A stretch of 18,401 nucleotides of DNA, from assembly GCA_028864975.1 (NCBI GenBank), contig JAGWLG010000046.1, positions 1 through 18,401 of the forward strand, read 5' to 3'. The stretch comes from Thermoplasmata archaeon. GTDB lineage: Archaea; Thermoplasmatota; Thermoplasmata; Lutacidiplasmatales; UBA184. This document shows, one piece after another, positions 5,022 through 12,461 of the stretch. Position numbers and translations under genes: made by a program. Position 1 is the first letter of the stretch; each line of letters opens with the position of its first letter. The notes below the pieces were generated by a model. That model did not search any database. It was not told where the DNA came from and saw nothing but the letters and a program-made list of their open reading frames with translations.

Positions 5022-7144
5022 CCGACCCCCAAGGCCCCGGCCAACTTGCTGATCAGGTTCGACACCAGGTCGGGAGGCAGGTTCGAGAGCGCGAAGTAGA
5101 TCAGCTTGATCCCGACGAAGGCGCTTAGGAGCCCCCCGAACCCATAGAGCACCAGGTTCCGTCGCAAGAGCTCCACGGCGGTCGCGGCGCGGAACGAGGC
5201 CCCCCGGAGGGCGAGAGGGATGAGCGCGGGGATCATCAGGGCGTTGAACAGGACGGCCGCCAGCACGGCGAGCTTAGGGTCGGAGAGCCCGAGCACGTTG
5301 AGGATCGCGACGTTCGAGTTGCTGACGAAGAGCGCGGGGACGATCGCGAAGTACTTTGCCACGTCGTTCGTGATCGAGAAGGTGGTCAGGGCGCCTCGGG
5401 TGATCAGGAGCTGCTTCCCGATGGAGATCACCTCGATGATCTTCGTGGGGTCGCTGTCCAGGTCGACCATGTTGCCGGCCTCCTTCGCCGCCGAGGTCCC
5501 GCTGTTCATCGCGAGCCCGACGTCCGCCCGGGCGAGGGCGGGCGCGTCGTTCGTGCCATCACCGGTCATCGCGACCAGGTGGCCGTAGGCCTTCTCCCGC
5601 CCGATGAGCGCGAGCTTGGTCTCGGGCTTGGCCTCGGCGACGAAGTCGTCGACCCCGCTCTCCTTGGCGATCGAGGCCGCCGTGAGACGGTTGTCGCCGG
5701 TGCACATGATCGTGCGGATCCCCATCAGCTTCAGCTCTTGGAGCCGTGAGTGGATGCCCGGTTTCACGACGTCCTTGAGGACCACGATCCCCATGACGCG
5801 CTTCGAGAGCGCGATCACGAGCGGCGTCATCCCCTGGCGGGAGGAGTCGGCCCCGGCCTGGCGCACCGCGACGGGGAGCGGGCCGGCGTAGGCCTCCACG
5901 GCGCTGATCGCCCCCTTCATGGCCTCCGTCCCGTCCTCCAGGATGAACCCGCTCATCCGTCGGCTCGGGGAGAAGGGGACGACCCGTCCTTCCTCCACGC
6001 GGATCGAGGGGTCCGTCCGGGCCCCGCGCAGCGTCGCGAGCCGCGCGATCGACCGACCTTCGGGAGTGTCGTCGAGCGTCGAGGAGAGCAACGCCGCGCG
6101 CAAGAGCTCTGCGGGGTCGACCCCCGGGGCCGGGATGAACTGCACCGCGAGGCGGTTCCCGACCGTGATCGTCCCGGTCTTGTCCAGGATCAGGATGTCC
6201 AGGTCTCCCGCGGCTTCGATCGCCTTGCCGCTCTTCGCGACGACGTTGGCCTTCGCCACCCGGTTGACCCCGGAGATCCCGATCGCGGAGAGAAGACCGC
6301 CGATGGTCGTTGGAGCAAGGCAGACCGTGAGCGCGATCAGCGTCGCGATGTTGAGCGACCCCAATCCCGAGAAGCGGAGCAGGTAGGCGAGCGTGAGTAC
6401 GACCACGAGCAGCGCCGCGGTGAGCGCGGTCAGGATGATGGTCAACGAGATCTCGTTCGGGCTCTTGTCCCGGGACGTGCCCTCCACGAGCCGGATCATC
6501 CGGTCCAGGAAGCTCGTCCCGGGCTCCGCGGTCACGCGGACCTCCATCGTGCCGCGCAGGACCTTGCTCCCTCCGAGCACGCTGGTCCGGTCCCCCCCGC
6601 TCTCGCGCAGGACCGCCTCGGACTCCCCCGTCATCATCGACTCGTCGATCAGGGCCCCGCCCTTCACGACGTCCCCGTCGAGCGGGATGGTGTCACCGGG
6701 GCGGCACTCGACCAGGTCTCCGATGTGAAGGTGCGAAGGGGCGACCCAGGTTCGCTTGCCATCGGGGAGGATCTGCCGGGCCTGGAGACCGCTGCGCATC
6801 GTGCGAAGGGTGTCCGCCTGGGCCTTCCCCTGCGCCTCGGCGATGGCCTCTGCGAGGTTCGCGAACCAGAGCGTCAGCAAGAGGATCGCGGCGACGGCCA
6901 GGAAGTACCCCTGGTCGAAGCCCTCTCGAAGGATGTCCGGGAAGAGCCCCGGGAACAGGCCGACGAAGAGGAGAAGGAAGAAGCAGGCGTACACGACGAA
7001 CATGATGGGGTTGCGGACCTGTTCCCGCGGTGAGAACTTGAGCAGCGAGGTCTTCACGACCAGCGCCCAGCTCGTGTGCAACCTGCGTCGGACGCTCACC
7101 CGGGCCCCGGAGGACCACTCGACACCTCCGCTCGCCCCCATCAT
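5018..7144 (-). CDS. kdpB: K+-transporting P-type ATPase subunit B (708 aa)
   Basis: QVRNPIMFVV, TGES, PTTIGGLLSAIG, DKTGT (6170-6184), TGDN, TGDGTNDAPAL, GALTTFSITNDVAKYFAI. ATGA overlap with the kdpA stop. Confidence 0.98.
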   Translation of the reverse strand: MMGASGGVEWSSGARVSVRRRLHTSWALVVKTSLLKFSPREQVRNPIMFVVYACFFLLLFVGLFPGLFPDILREGFDQGYFLAVAAILLLTLWFANLAEAIAEAQGKAQADTLRTMRSGLQARQILPDGKRTWVAPSHLHIGDLVECRPGDTIPLDGDVVKGGALIDESMMTGESEAVLRESGGDRTSVLGGSKVLRGTMEVRVTAEPGTSFLDRMIRLVEGTSRDKSPNEISLTIILTALTAALLVVVLTLAYLLRFSGLGSLNIATLIALTVCLAPTTIGGLLSAIGISGVNRVAKANVVAKSGKAIEAAGDLDILILDKTGTITVGNRLAVQFIPAPGVDPAELLRAALLSSTLDDTPEGRSIARLATLRGARTDPSIRVEEGRVVPFSPSRRMSGFILEDGTEAMKGAISAVEAYAGPLPVAVRQAGADSSRQGMTPLVIALSKRVMGIVVLKDVVKPGIHSRLQELKLMGIRTIMCTGDNRLTAASIAKESGVDDFVAEAKPETKLALIGREKAYGHLVAMTGDGTNDAPALARADVGLAMNSGTSAAKEAGNMVDLDSDPTKIIEVISIGKQLLITRGALTTFSITNDVAKYFAIVPALFVSNSNVAILNVLGLSDPKLAVLAAVLFNALMIPALIPLALRGASFRAATAVELLRRNLVLYGFGGLLSAFVGIKLIYFALSNLPPDLVSNLISKLAGALGVG

Positions 7145-8841
7145 GGGAACGTCACCCCCGAGGAGAGGGGTCCCAGCGCGAGGACCGGTAGGAACAAGAG
7201 CCCCGAGACGACGAGCAGGAACGCGATGAAGTAGACCGTGAAGGTGGCCGACTGGGTCCTGAGGGTCCCCGGACCCGGAGGAAGCGTGGTCTCCCGCGCC
7301 AGGGCCCCACCGATCGCGAGCATCGCGATGATCGGGAGGAAGCGACCCAGCAGCATGATGAGCACGCCGACCAGGTTGAAGTAGACCGAGGCGTCGCCGG
7401 CCCCCACGGGAAAGCCCATCCCGCTACCGTTGTTCGCGGCCTCGCTCGTGAACTCGTAGAGGACCTGGGTGAACCCTTGCGAGGTCCCTCCAGCGGTCGC
7501 CGTGAGGAGCCCCGGGACCGCGGCGGTGATGGCGAGGGGCACGAGGATCGCGAACGGGTGGGAGAGCAGGCTCACCGCGGCCCATTTCATCTCGTTCCGA
7601 CCGATCTTGCACCCCAGGTACTCCGGAGTGCGCCCGACCATGAGGCCGGCGACGAACACGGAGAGGAGCGCGTTCACCAGCAGCATACCGAAGCCCGTCC
7701 CCACTCCCCCCGGGACGTCCTGGAGGAACATCCCCCAGAGCAGGACCATCTGCGCGCCCGGGGTCACGGACTGAAGGGCCATCGTCGTGGACCCGACGTT
7801 CGCGTAGACGCTCGTGACCTGGAAGAGCGCGTCCTCCCCGAGGGAGAACCTCGTCTCCCCGCCCATCACCCCGTAGCCCGCCGCCTGGGTGACGGGGAGC
7901 CTCGCGACGTTAGGATTCGCGATCTCGAACAGGAAGAAGAGTCCCAGCGCGACCAGGAAGATCGTCAGAACCGCCGAGATGAGGGGGTAGGCCTCCTTCG
8001 GCCGACGGACCATCTCTCCGAACATGAACGGGGTCGCGAACGGGATGAGCATCATGATCACGATGGCCACGTCGTTAGTGACCGCGGTCGGGCTCTGCAG
8101 CGGGTAGGCGAAGTTCGACGCGAAGTAGCCGCCGCCGTTCGAACCCAGGAGCTCGATGGCCCCCCACGAGGCGAGGGGCCCCGTGGGCACCAGCCGCTGC
8201 CCTCCTCCCAGGGCGGGGACGCTCGTCGCCTGCGCCATCGTCTGGGTGACGCCCAGGAAGAGCAGGACGAGGGCAGAGACCACGGCGAGGGGAAAGAAGA
8301 TCCGGGTCGTGGCCCTGGTCGCGTCAGCCCAGAAGTTCCCGAGCGTCCCGTCGCGGCGGACGAACCCGCGGATGAAGGCGACGACCACGGTCAGTCCGGA
8401 GACCGCCGAGAGGAACATCAGCATCTGGAGCCCCACGAGCTGCGAGAGGAGGGAGAGGGCCGTCGCCCCCGAGTAGTGCTGGAAATCGGTGTTGGTCGTG
8501 AAGGCCGTCGAGGTGTGAAGGGCGAGGTCCCAGCGCATCCCGGGGGCGTTCAGCGCATTGTAGGGAAGGACGGCCTGTTCCATGAGGAGAACGAGGACGA
8601 AGACCAGGGCGAAGGCGTTCAGGAGCACGAGCGAGGCCGCGTACTCCTTCCAACCCATCGCCCGCCGGGGCTGGACCCCGAGGAGACGATAGATCCCCCG
8701 TTCGATGGGCGCGAAGAAGTTGTCGAGGAGGGTGGGGCGGTCCATGAAGACCCGGGCCATGTAGACGCCCAGGTAGCGGGCGAGGAGGAGACCCAGGGCG
8801 AAGGTGAGCCCCACGTCCCACGGGGAGTAGATCGAGGACAC
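7141..8841 (-). CDS. kdpA: K+-transporting ATPase subunit A (SKT-family, 566 aa)
   Basis: GTG start with GAGGT SD. Four pore-loop motifs TNTDFQ, LGSNGGGYF, ANVGS, ANNGSG, plus GRTPEYLGCKI and LGRFLPII. Confidence 0.97.
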   Translation of the reverse strand: MSSIYSPWDVGLTFALGLLLARYLGVYMARVFMDRPTLLDNFFAPIERGIYRLLGVQPRRAMGWKEYAASLVLLNAFALVFVLVLLMEQAVLPYNALNAPGMRWDLALHTSTAFTTNTDFQHYSGATALSLLSQLVGLQMLMFLSAVSGLTVVVAFIRGFVRRDGTLGNFWADATRATTRIFFPLAVVSALVLLFLGVTQTMAQATSVPALGGGQRLVPTGPLASWGAIELLGSNGGGYFASNFAYPLQSPTAVTNDVAIVIMMLIPFATPFMFGEMVRRPKEAYPLISAVLTIFLVALGLFFLFEIANPNVARLPVTQAAGYGVMGGETRFSLGEDALFQVTSVYANVGSTTMALQSVTPGAQMVLLWGMFLQDVPGGVGTGFGMLLVNALLSVFVAGLMVGRTPEYLGCKIGRNEMKWAAVSLLSHPFAILVPLAITAAVPGLLTATAGGTSQGFTQVLYEFTSEAANNGSGMGFPVGAGDASVYFNLVGVLIMLLGRFLPIIAMLAIGGALARETTLPPGPGTLRTQSATFTVYFIAFLLVVSGLLFLPVLALGPLSSGVTFP

Positions 8842-8865
8842 GCTGACCTCGCTCGACAGGGGGGC

Positions 8866-9012
8866 CTAGAGGCGCTCCGGGTGGACGAGAGCGTAGAGAA
8901 GGTAGTAGACCAGGCCGACCAGAACGAAGGTGAAGACGATGATCCCCAGGTTCTGGAGGAACGTGCCGACGATCGTGGGCCCTCCGAGGTGCCGGCCACC
9001 TCGAAGGGGCAT
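8866..9012 (-). CDS. kdpF: K+-transporting ATPase subunit F (small membrane peptide; not in the ORF track)
   Basis: Manual translation: MPLRGGRHLGGPTIVGTFLQNLGIIVFTFVLVGLVYYLLYALVHPERL*. The C-terminal YLLYALVHPERL matches the KdpF YL.YAL..PE.F signature, and the ORF lies directly upstream of kdpA. Start uncertain (see findings). Confidence 0.85.
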   Translation of the reverse strand: MPLRGGRHLGGPTIVGTFLQNLGIIVFTFVLVGLVYYLLYALVHPERL

Positions 9013-9025
9013 CTTAAGGGTGGCC
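8994..9025 (-). promoter_or_regulatory. Candidate kdp promoter/operator: CTTAAG TATA-like core inside a 7-bp inverted repeat
   Basis: GGCCACC (8994-9000) and GGTGGCC (9019-9025) flank an 18-nt spacer containing CTTAAG (9013-9018). Confidence 0.4.
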
Positions 9026-9112
9026 CTCGACACGGGCTAGCATGCCCACGAGATGGTTCTCACGCGAACCGTCGGCCTGGGCTGCCGAGGTCGGCTTTCA
9101 GGTCGAGGGACC

Positions 9113-9517
9113 TTAGGGATGCGAGCGGACGTAGCGCGCCTTGAGGACCGCCTCGCGCAGGACTGAAGGCTCGGCCGGCGCACGGACAATGCCGTCCGCT
9201 CCCAGCCGGTGGTCGACCACGCTGGAGGGGCCAGCGGGAGAGTCCTGCCCAAAGGTCACCGCGACCACGCGACCCCCCGGAAGGGTCCTTCGGGTCTCGG
9301 AGATGGTCTTGCGCCAGACCTCTGGCGGTCCGCTAAGGCAGAGGACCACGACCCCGTTGGAGTTCTCGTGGCGTGCCTGGGCGGGGATCTCGTGCGGCGC
9401 GGACACTTCGGCGGCCGCCTGGACGCCCTGCGAGGCCAGCGACTCGCGGACCAGGTAGCGAATCATCGGGTCCTCCCCCACCAGGAGCGCCCGCAACCGG
9501 GGAGAGACTTCCGCCAC
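9113..9517 (-). CDS. Stand-alone atypical response-regulator receiver (REC/CheY-like) domain protein lacking the phospho-acceptor Asp
   Basis: ORF 9113..9526; GTG 9517 lies 29 nt from the start of TATAAA (leaderless spacing). Pattern RALLVGEDPMIRYLVRESL..G / GVVVLCL / RVVAVT / LGADGIVRAP.EPSVLREAV follows the REC (beta/alpha)5 pattern. Confidence 0.7.
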   Translation of the reverse strand: MAEVSPRLRALLVGEDPMIRYLVRESLASQGVQAAAEVSAPHEIPAQARHENSNGVVVLCLSGPPEVWRKTISETRRTLPGGRVVAVTFGQDSPAGPSSVVDHRLGADGIVRAPAEPSVLREAVLKARYVRSHP

Positions 9518-9540
9518 GAGGGCCACCCAGCGCGACCCGG

Positions 9541-9552
9541 TTTATATGCATA
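9541..9552. promoter_or_regulatory. Back-to-back TATA boxes of a divergent promoter
   Basis: TTTATATGCATA: TATAAA on the minus strand (9546-9541) and TTTATAT on the plus strand (9541-9547), between divergent ORFs. Includes the palindrome TATGCATA (9545-9552). Confidence 0.65.
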
Positions 9553-9635
9553 ACTGCACACGGAGTCTCTCCGAGCCGGGGGGTCGTTCCTGACGAGCGG
9601 CACGGTTTTGAGGGGGTGACGGTGAGTTCCCCTCG

Positions 9636-9992
9636 ATGGGCATCACCCTCCCCGAGGATCGACTGAAGCCCCTCCTCTACGCTCTCGAGGCCACCGTCCA
9701 CGCCCAGTACCGTCTCTCCCCCCGGCTGCGGGATGTGGAGGTGGTCGAGGCCCTGCATCAGGTCCAGCGTTCGCTCAAGGACGGGGGCCGCCCCCCACGA
9801 GATCCCCTCGCCCGGGCTCTCCGAGAGGCTCTCGAGGCTATCCCCGAGGAGGGATATGACCGGAACGACCGGGCGATGGCGCTACGTTTCCTGGTCGCCT
9901 CCGCCAAGCGCCATCGCCGGGTCGACGGCCCTCGAGGATACTTGGACTTCGTGGCGCGCTACACCCCCCTCCGCGTGGAGACCGAACAGTAG
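9636..9992 (+). CDS. Conserved-looking helical hypothetical protein (118 aa)
   Basis: ATG preceded by GGTGA. The pattern LEATV..QYR..P.L.D.EV..AL ... SAKRH....G.RGYLDFV resembles a widespread uncharacterised family from memory; not verified by search. Confidence 0.7.
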   Translation: MGITLPEDRLKPLLYALEATVHAQYRLSPRLRDVEVVEALHQVQRSLKDGGRPPRDPLARALREALEAIPEEGYDRNDRAMALRFLVASAKRHRRVDGPRGYLDFVARYTPLRVETEQ

Positions 9993-11252
9993 GGCGAAGG
10001 CGAGGAACTCGGCCACCGTCCGCTTGGTCCAGGTCTCCCCGTCCTTCCAGCGTTGCAACGCCCAGACGTTGGAGAGGATCACCGCGAGGAAGTACTGGAG
10101 CAGGCGCACGTCGTAGTGGAGCGCGTGGGTGAACCCGCGCAGCTCCTCATGGCCCCGGTAACCGGTCTCCACGCACCACCTTTCCTTGTAGAGGCGCACG
10201 ACGCGCAGCGCGAAGTCCCGGTCGCTCTCCCCGGCCTCAGGGGTGAGGTGGGTGAGGAAGGTGAACCAACGGACGTCCCGCTCCGTGTGAGGCGTGTCGA
10301 TCCCCACCTCGTCCAGGACCTCCCGTTTGAGACCGACCAGGGTGGTCGTGGCGATGGGGGCGTCGGCCCGGTTCCCCTTGGCGAGGACGGGGAAGTCGGG
10401 GAGGACGAAGCAGCATAGGCCCGCATGCTCCCGGAGGAGGGCGGCGATGCGCGAGTTCTGGGAGGCCCGGATGATGAAGGGGGTCCCCCGGCGCTGCAGG
10501 GCGAGGAGGACCTCGTTGGAATGGGCTCCTGCGTCGTAGAGGAGGAGGTCTATGGAGCGGCTCAGGCGCGCCTCGGTGATGTCGAGACCCCTGGTGAGCT
10601 TGGCGGGGAGGCTCTCCAGAGGGAGGAAGGGGTCGACGTGAACGGTGAGGGGAGCGCCGCGGGTCGTCTGGAAGGTGAGGAAGCGATAGGCGAGGGTGGT
10701 GCCGAGCTCGGGCTTGGTCCCCACGGCGAGCGGGAGGGCCCTGGAGGGACGGAGCTTGGCGGGGACCCTCCGAGGCTTCTTTCGATGGTAGGTGAGGATG
10801 TCGTGGCAGTCCCCGGCGAGGATGAGGGGCTGGTCTGCGGGCAGTACCCCCTGGGCCACCGCGTGGGTCACCTGGTCATGGAGGGCGGCCTGAAGTCCCG
10901 CCTCCACCTGGGCGGTGGGAAGGACGTGGAGGGCGGCGAGGGAGGTGTCGGCGGAGGGGAGGAACGAGGCGTGGCCAGAGGGAGCGAGCTGGCGGACGAG
11001 ATGGGCTCGGCGGGCGGCGCCTTCGGGGGAGGTGCGCTCGAGGTCCGAGAGGAGGAGGACGGCCATGCACTCCTGGCTGGAGTAGATGGCCCCGAGAGGC
11101 CGGGGGAGAGGGAGATGCTCCTCCACCAGGGGCAAGGTGGCATGGGCGAGCTGGCGACACTCGGCGATGGAAAGGGGGTCGTCCGGGTCGGGGCGAGGTC
11201 TTCGACGGGGCTCAGGGTCGGTCCTGGCGAGGAGACGGCAGTGGTGGCTCAT
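9882..11252 (-). CDS. ISH3-family (IS4-like, archaeal) DDE transposase
   Basis: Uninterrupted 456-aa ORF with ILAGDCHD (D1), LLYDAGA (D2) and LYKERWCVETGYR (Y-x2-R-W-x2-E-T-x-Y-R signature). The last about 35 codons overlap the convergent gene. Confidence 0.85.
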   Translation of the reverse strand: MSHHCRLLARTDPEPRRRPRPDPDDPLSIAECRQLAHATLPLVEEHLPLPRPLGAIYSSQECMAVLLLSDLERTSPEGAARRAHLVRQLAPSGHASFLPSADTSLAALHVLPTAQVEAGLQAALHDQVTHAVAQGVLPADQPLILAGDCHDILTYHRKKPRRVPAKLRPSRALPLAVGTKPELGTTLAYRFLTFQTTRGAPLTVHVDPFLPLESLPAKLTRGLDITEARLSRSIDLLLYDAGAHSNEVLLALQRRGTPFIIRASQNSRIAALLREHAGLCCFVLPDFPVLAKGNRADAPIATTTLVGLKREVLDEVGIDTPHTERDVRWFTFLTHLTPEAGESDRDFALRVVRLYKERWCVETGYRGHEELRGFTHALHYDVRLLQYFLAVILSNVWALQRWKDGETWTKRTVAEFLAFALLFGLHAEGGVARHEVQVSSRAVDPAMALGGGDQET

Positions 11253-11290
11253 GGAGGGGGTGTCGAAACCCCTGGATGAGCCTGAACGGT
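9987..11290 (-). mobile_element. ISH3-like insertion sequence (one candidate end at 9987; other end not resolved)
   Basis: CAGTAG at 9987 matches the C-GT terminus recalled for the ISH3 family, and the implied size of about 1.3 kb fits that family. No clear second IR or target duplication was found. Confidence 0.5.
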
Positions 11291-11341
11291 TGGACTCGAG
11301 AGGGGGGCTCAGCCCTCAGAGCGTTCCGGCTCGGAGAGACT

Positions 11342-11363
11342 CCTTCCCCAGGAAGGGTTAAAT
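11342..11363 (+). promoter_or_regulatory. TATA box (TTAAAT 11358-11363) with adjacent dyad CCTTCC-cca-GGAAGG
   Basis: The TATA starts 30 nt before ATG 11388 (leaderless spacing). A perfect 6-bp inverted repeat (11342-11356) lies immediately upstream. Confidence 0.6.
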
Positions 11364-11387
11364 GAAAGGCAGATTGACGAGATTCCA

Positions 11388-12461
11388 ATGTCCTTGAATC
11401 ACGAGGAGGAGCCCCCGACCCCCGCGGCTCCCCGAGCCCTGCCCCACCCGCGTTCCGTGCCGACCACGCTGGCGGTCATCGTCGTGATCTTGGTCGCTGC
11501 GGCCGCCATTGGAGCGACAGCGGCCTACTACACGCTCCGACCGGTGCCCCATCCCTCGGGGCCGGGAACCGTCACGGTCTACGACGACCTGGGACGGTCG
11601 GTGACGGCCCCGGTGAACGCCGCCCACATCGTCGTGCTCGCCCCCAGCGTCATGGACATCGTCTATCGCCTGGGCCTGCGCAGCCATGTCGTCGCGGTAG
11701 GATGCACGGTCTCCTTCCCCGGAGGGATCCTGAACGAGTACTCCCCGAACCAGACGGCGCTCTGGTCGCTCACCAACAGCTCCTGCATCACGGACTTCCC
11801 CGGCGTGAACACCGAGGCCGTCGCCAATGCGACCCCGGGGCTCGTGCTGGCGACCACCCTGACCAGCCAAGGCGACGTCTCGACCCTCACCAACACCTAC
11901 CACGTCCCCGTGGTCATCCTCACCCCTTCGACCCTGGCGGGGGTCATCGACGACGTTCGGATCGTGGCCGAGCTCTTCCCCTCCGCGCAGTCGACGGCCT
12001 CCGCGCTCGAGTCCGAGCTCTCGAGGACGATCACCCAGCTCTCGAGCGAGGCCGCGAACCTCACCGCCGCGGGAGTCGCCAGTCCGTCCGTCCTCCTGAC
12101 CTACTACTTCGACTCCGGGGGATACTACACCTACGGACCGGGAAGTTTCGGCGACTCGATGCTCTCGCTCGTCGGGGGAACCAACGTGGCGGATGCCGTG
12201 CTGCTCCAGTACGGGGAGATGAACGCGACCGCCGTGCTGAACGACCAGCCGAACGTCGTGCTCTACGGCACGAGCTGGAACGACGCCTACCTGGTCGCGG
12301 GAGAGACGCCGAGCGTGTGGAGCAGCGCTCCCTACTGGTCGCAGCTCACCGGAAGCCACGTGGCGGTCGACGTGACCCTGGTCTCGGAACCGGACCCGTC
12401 GATGGTGCTCGCGCTCCCGTGGATCCAGCACGCACTCTATCCTTCCCACGTGCCGCCGTGA
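11388..12461 (+). CDS. btuF: ABC transporter substrate-binding protein, BtuF/FecB (helical-backbone) class, N-terminally membrane-anchored
   Basis: TM anchor, then VTVYDDLGRSV, HIVVLAPSVMDIVYRLG, NTEAV...PGLVL, YTYGPGSFGDSML...GGTNV, EPDPS. Substrate (corrinoid versus iron chelate) is inferred. Confidence 0.8.
   Translation: MSLNHEEEPPTPAAPRALPHPRSVPTTLAVIVVILVAAAAIGATAAYYTLRPVPHPSGPGTVTVYDDLGRSVTAPVNAAHIVVLAPSVMDIVYRLGLRSHVVAVGCTVSFPGGILNEYSPNQTALWSLTNSSCITDFPGVNTEAVANATPGLVLATTLTSQGDVSTLTNTYHVPVVILTPSTLAGVIDDVRIVAELFPSAQSTASALESELSRTITQLSSEAANLTAAGVASPSVLLTYYFDSGGYYTYGPGSFGDSMLSLVGGTNVADAVLLQYGEMNATAVLNDQPNVVLYGTSWNDAYLVAGETPSVWSSAPYWSQLTGSHVAVDVTLVSEPDPSMVLALPWIQHALYPSHVPP

Noticed and set aside
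3456-9144. Long plus-strand ORFs antisense to the USP and kdp genes (3456..4163, 5750..7033, 7477..9144 etc.)
   Set aside because: Antisense shadows of strongly GC3-biased genes; no motifs, SD or promoter support.
10425-11279. 284-aa plus-strand ORF opposite the ISH3 transposase
   Set aside because: Gly/Glu-rich antisense shadow with no domain features.
11253-11357. Search for the second ISH3 inverted repeat and target duplication
   Set aside because: Only weak partial matches to CCTTCGCCCTACTG (for example near 11289, 11308-11319, 11342-11349) and no repeat of the CCGAA flank; no end called.
11280-11387. Cobalamin riboswitch upstream of the btu-like operon
   Set aside because: No recognisable B12-box, and the TATA spacing implies a leaderless transcript.
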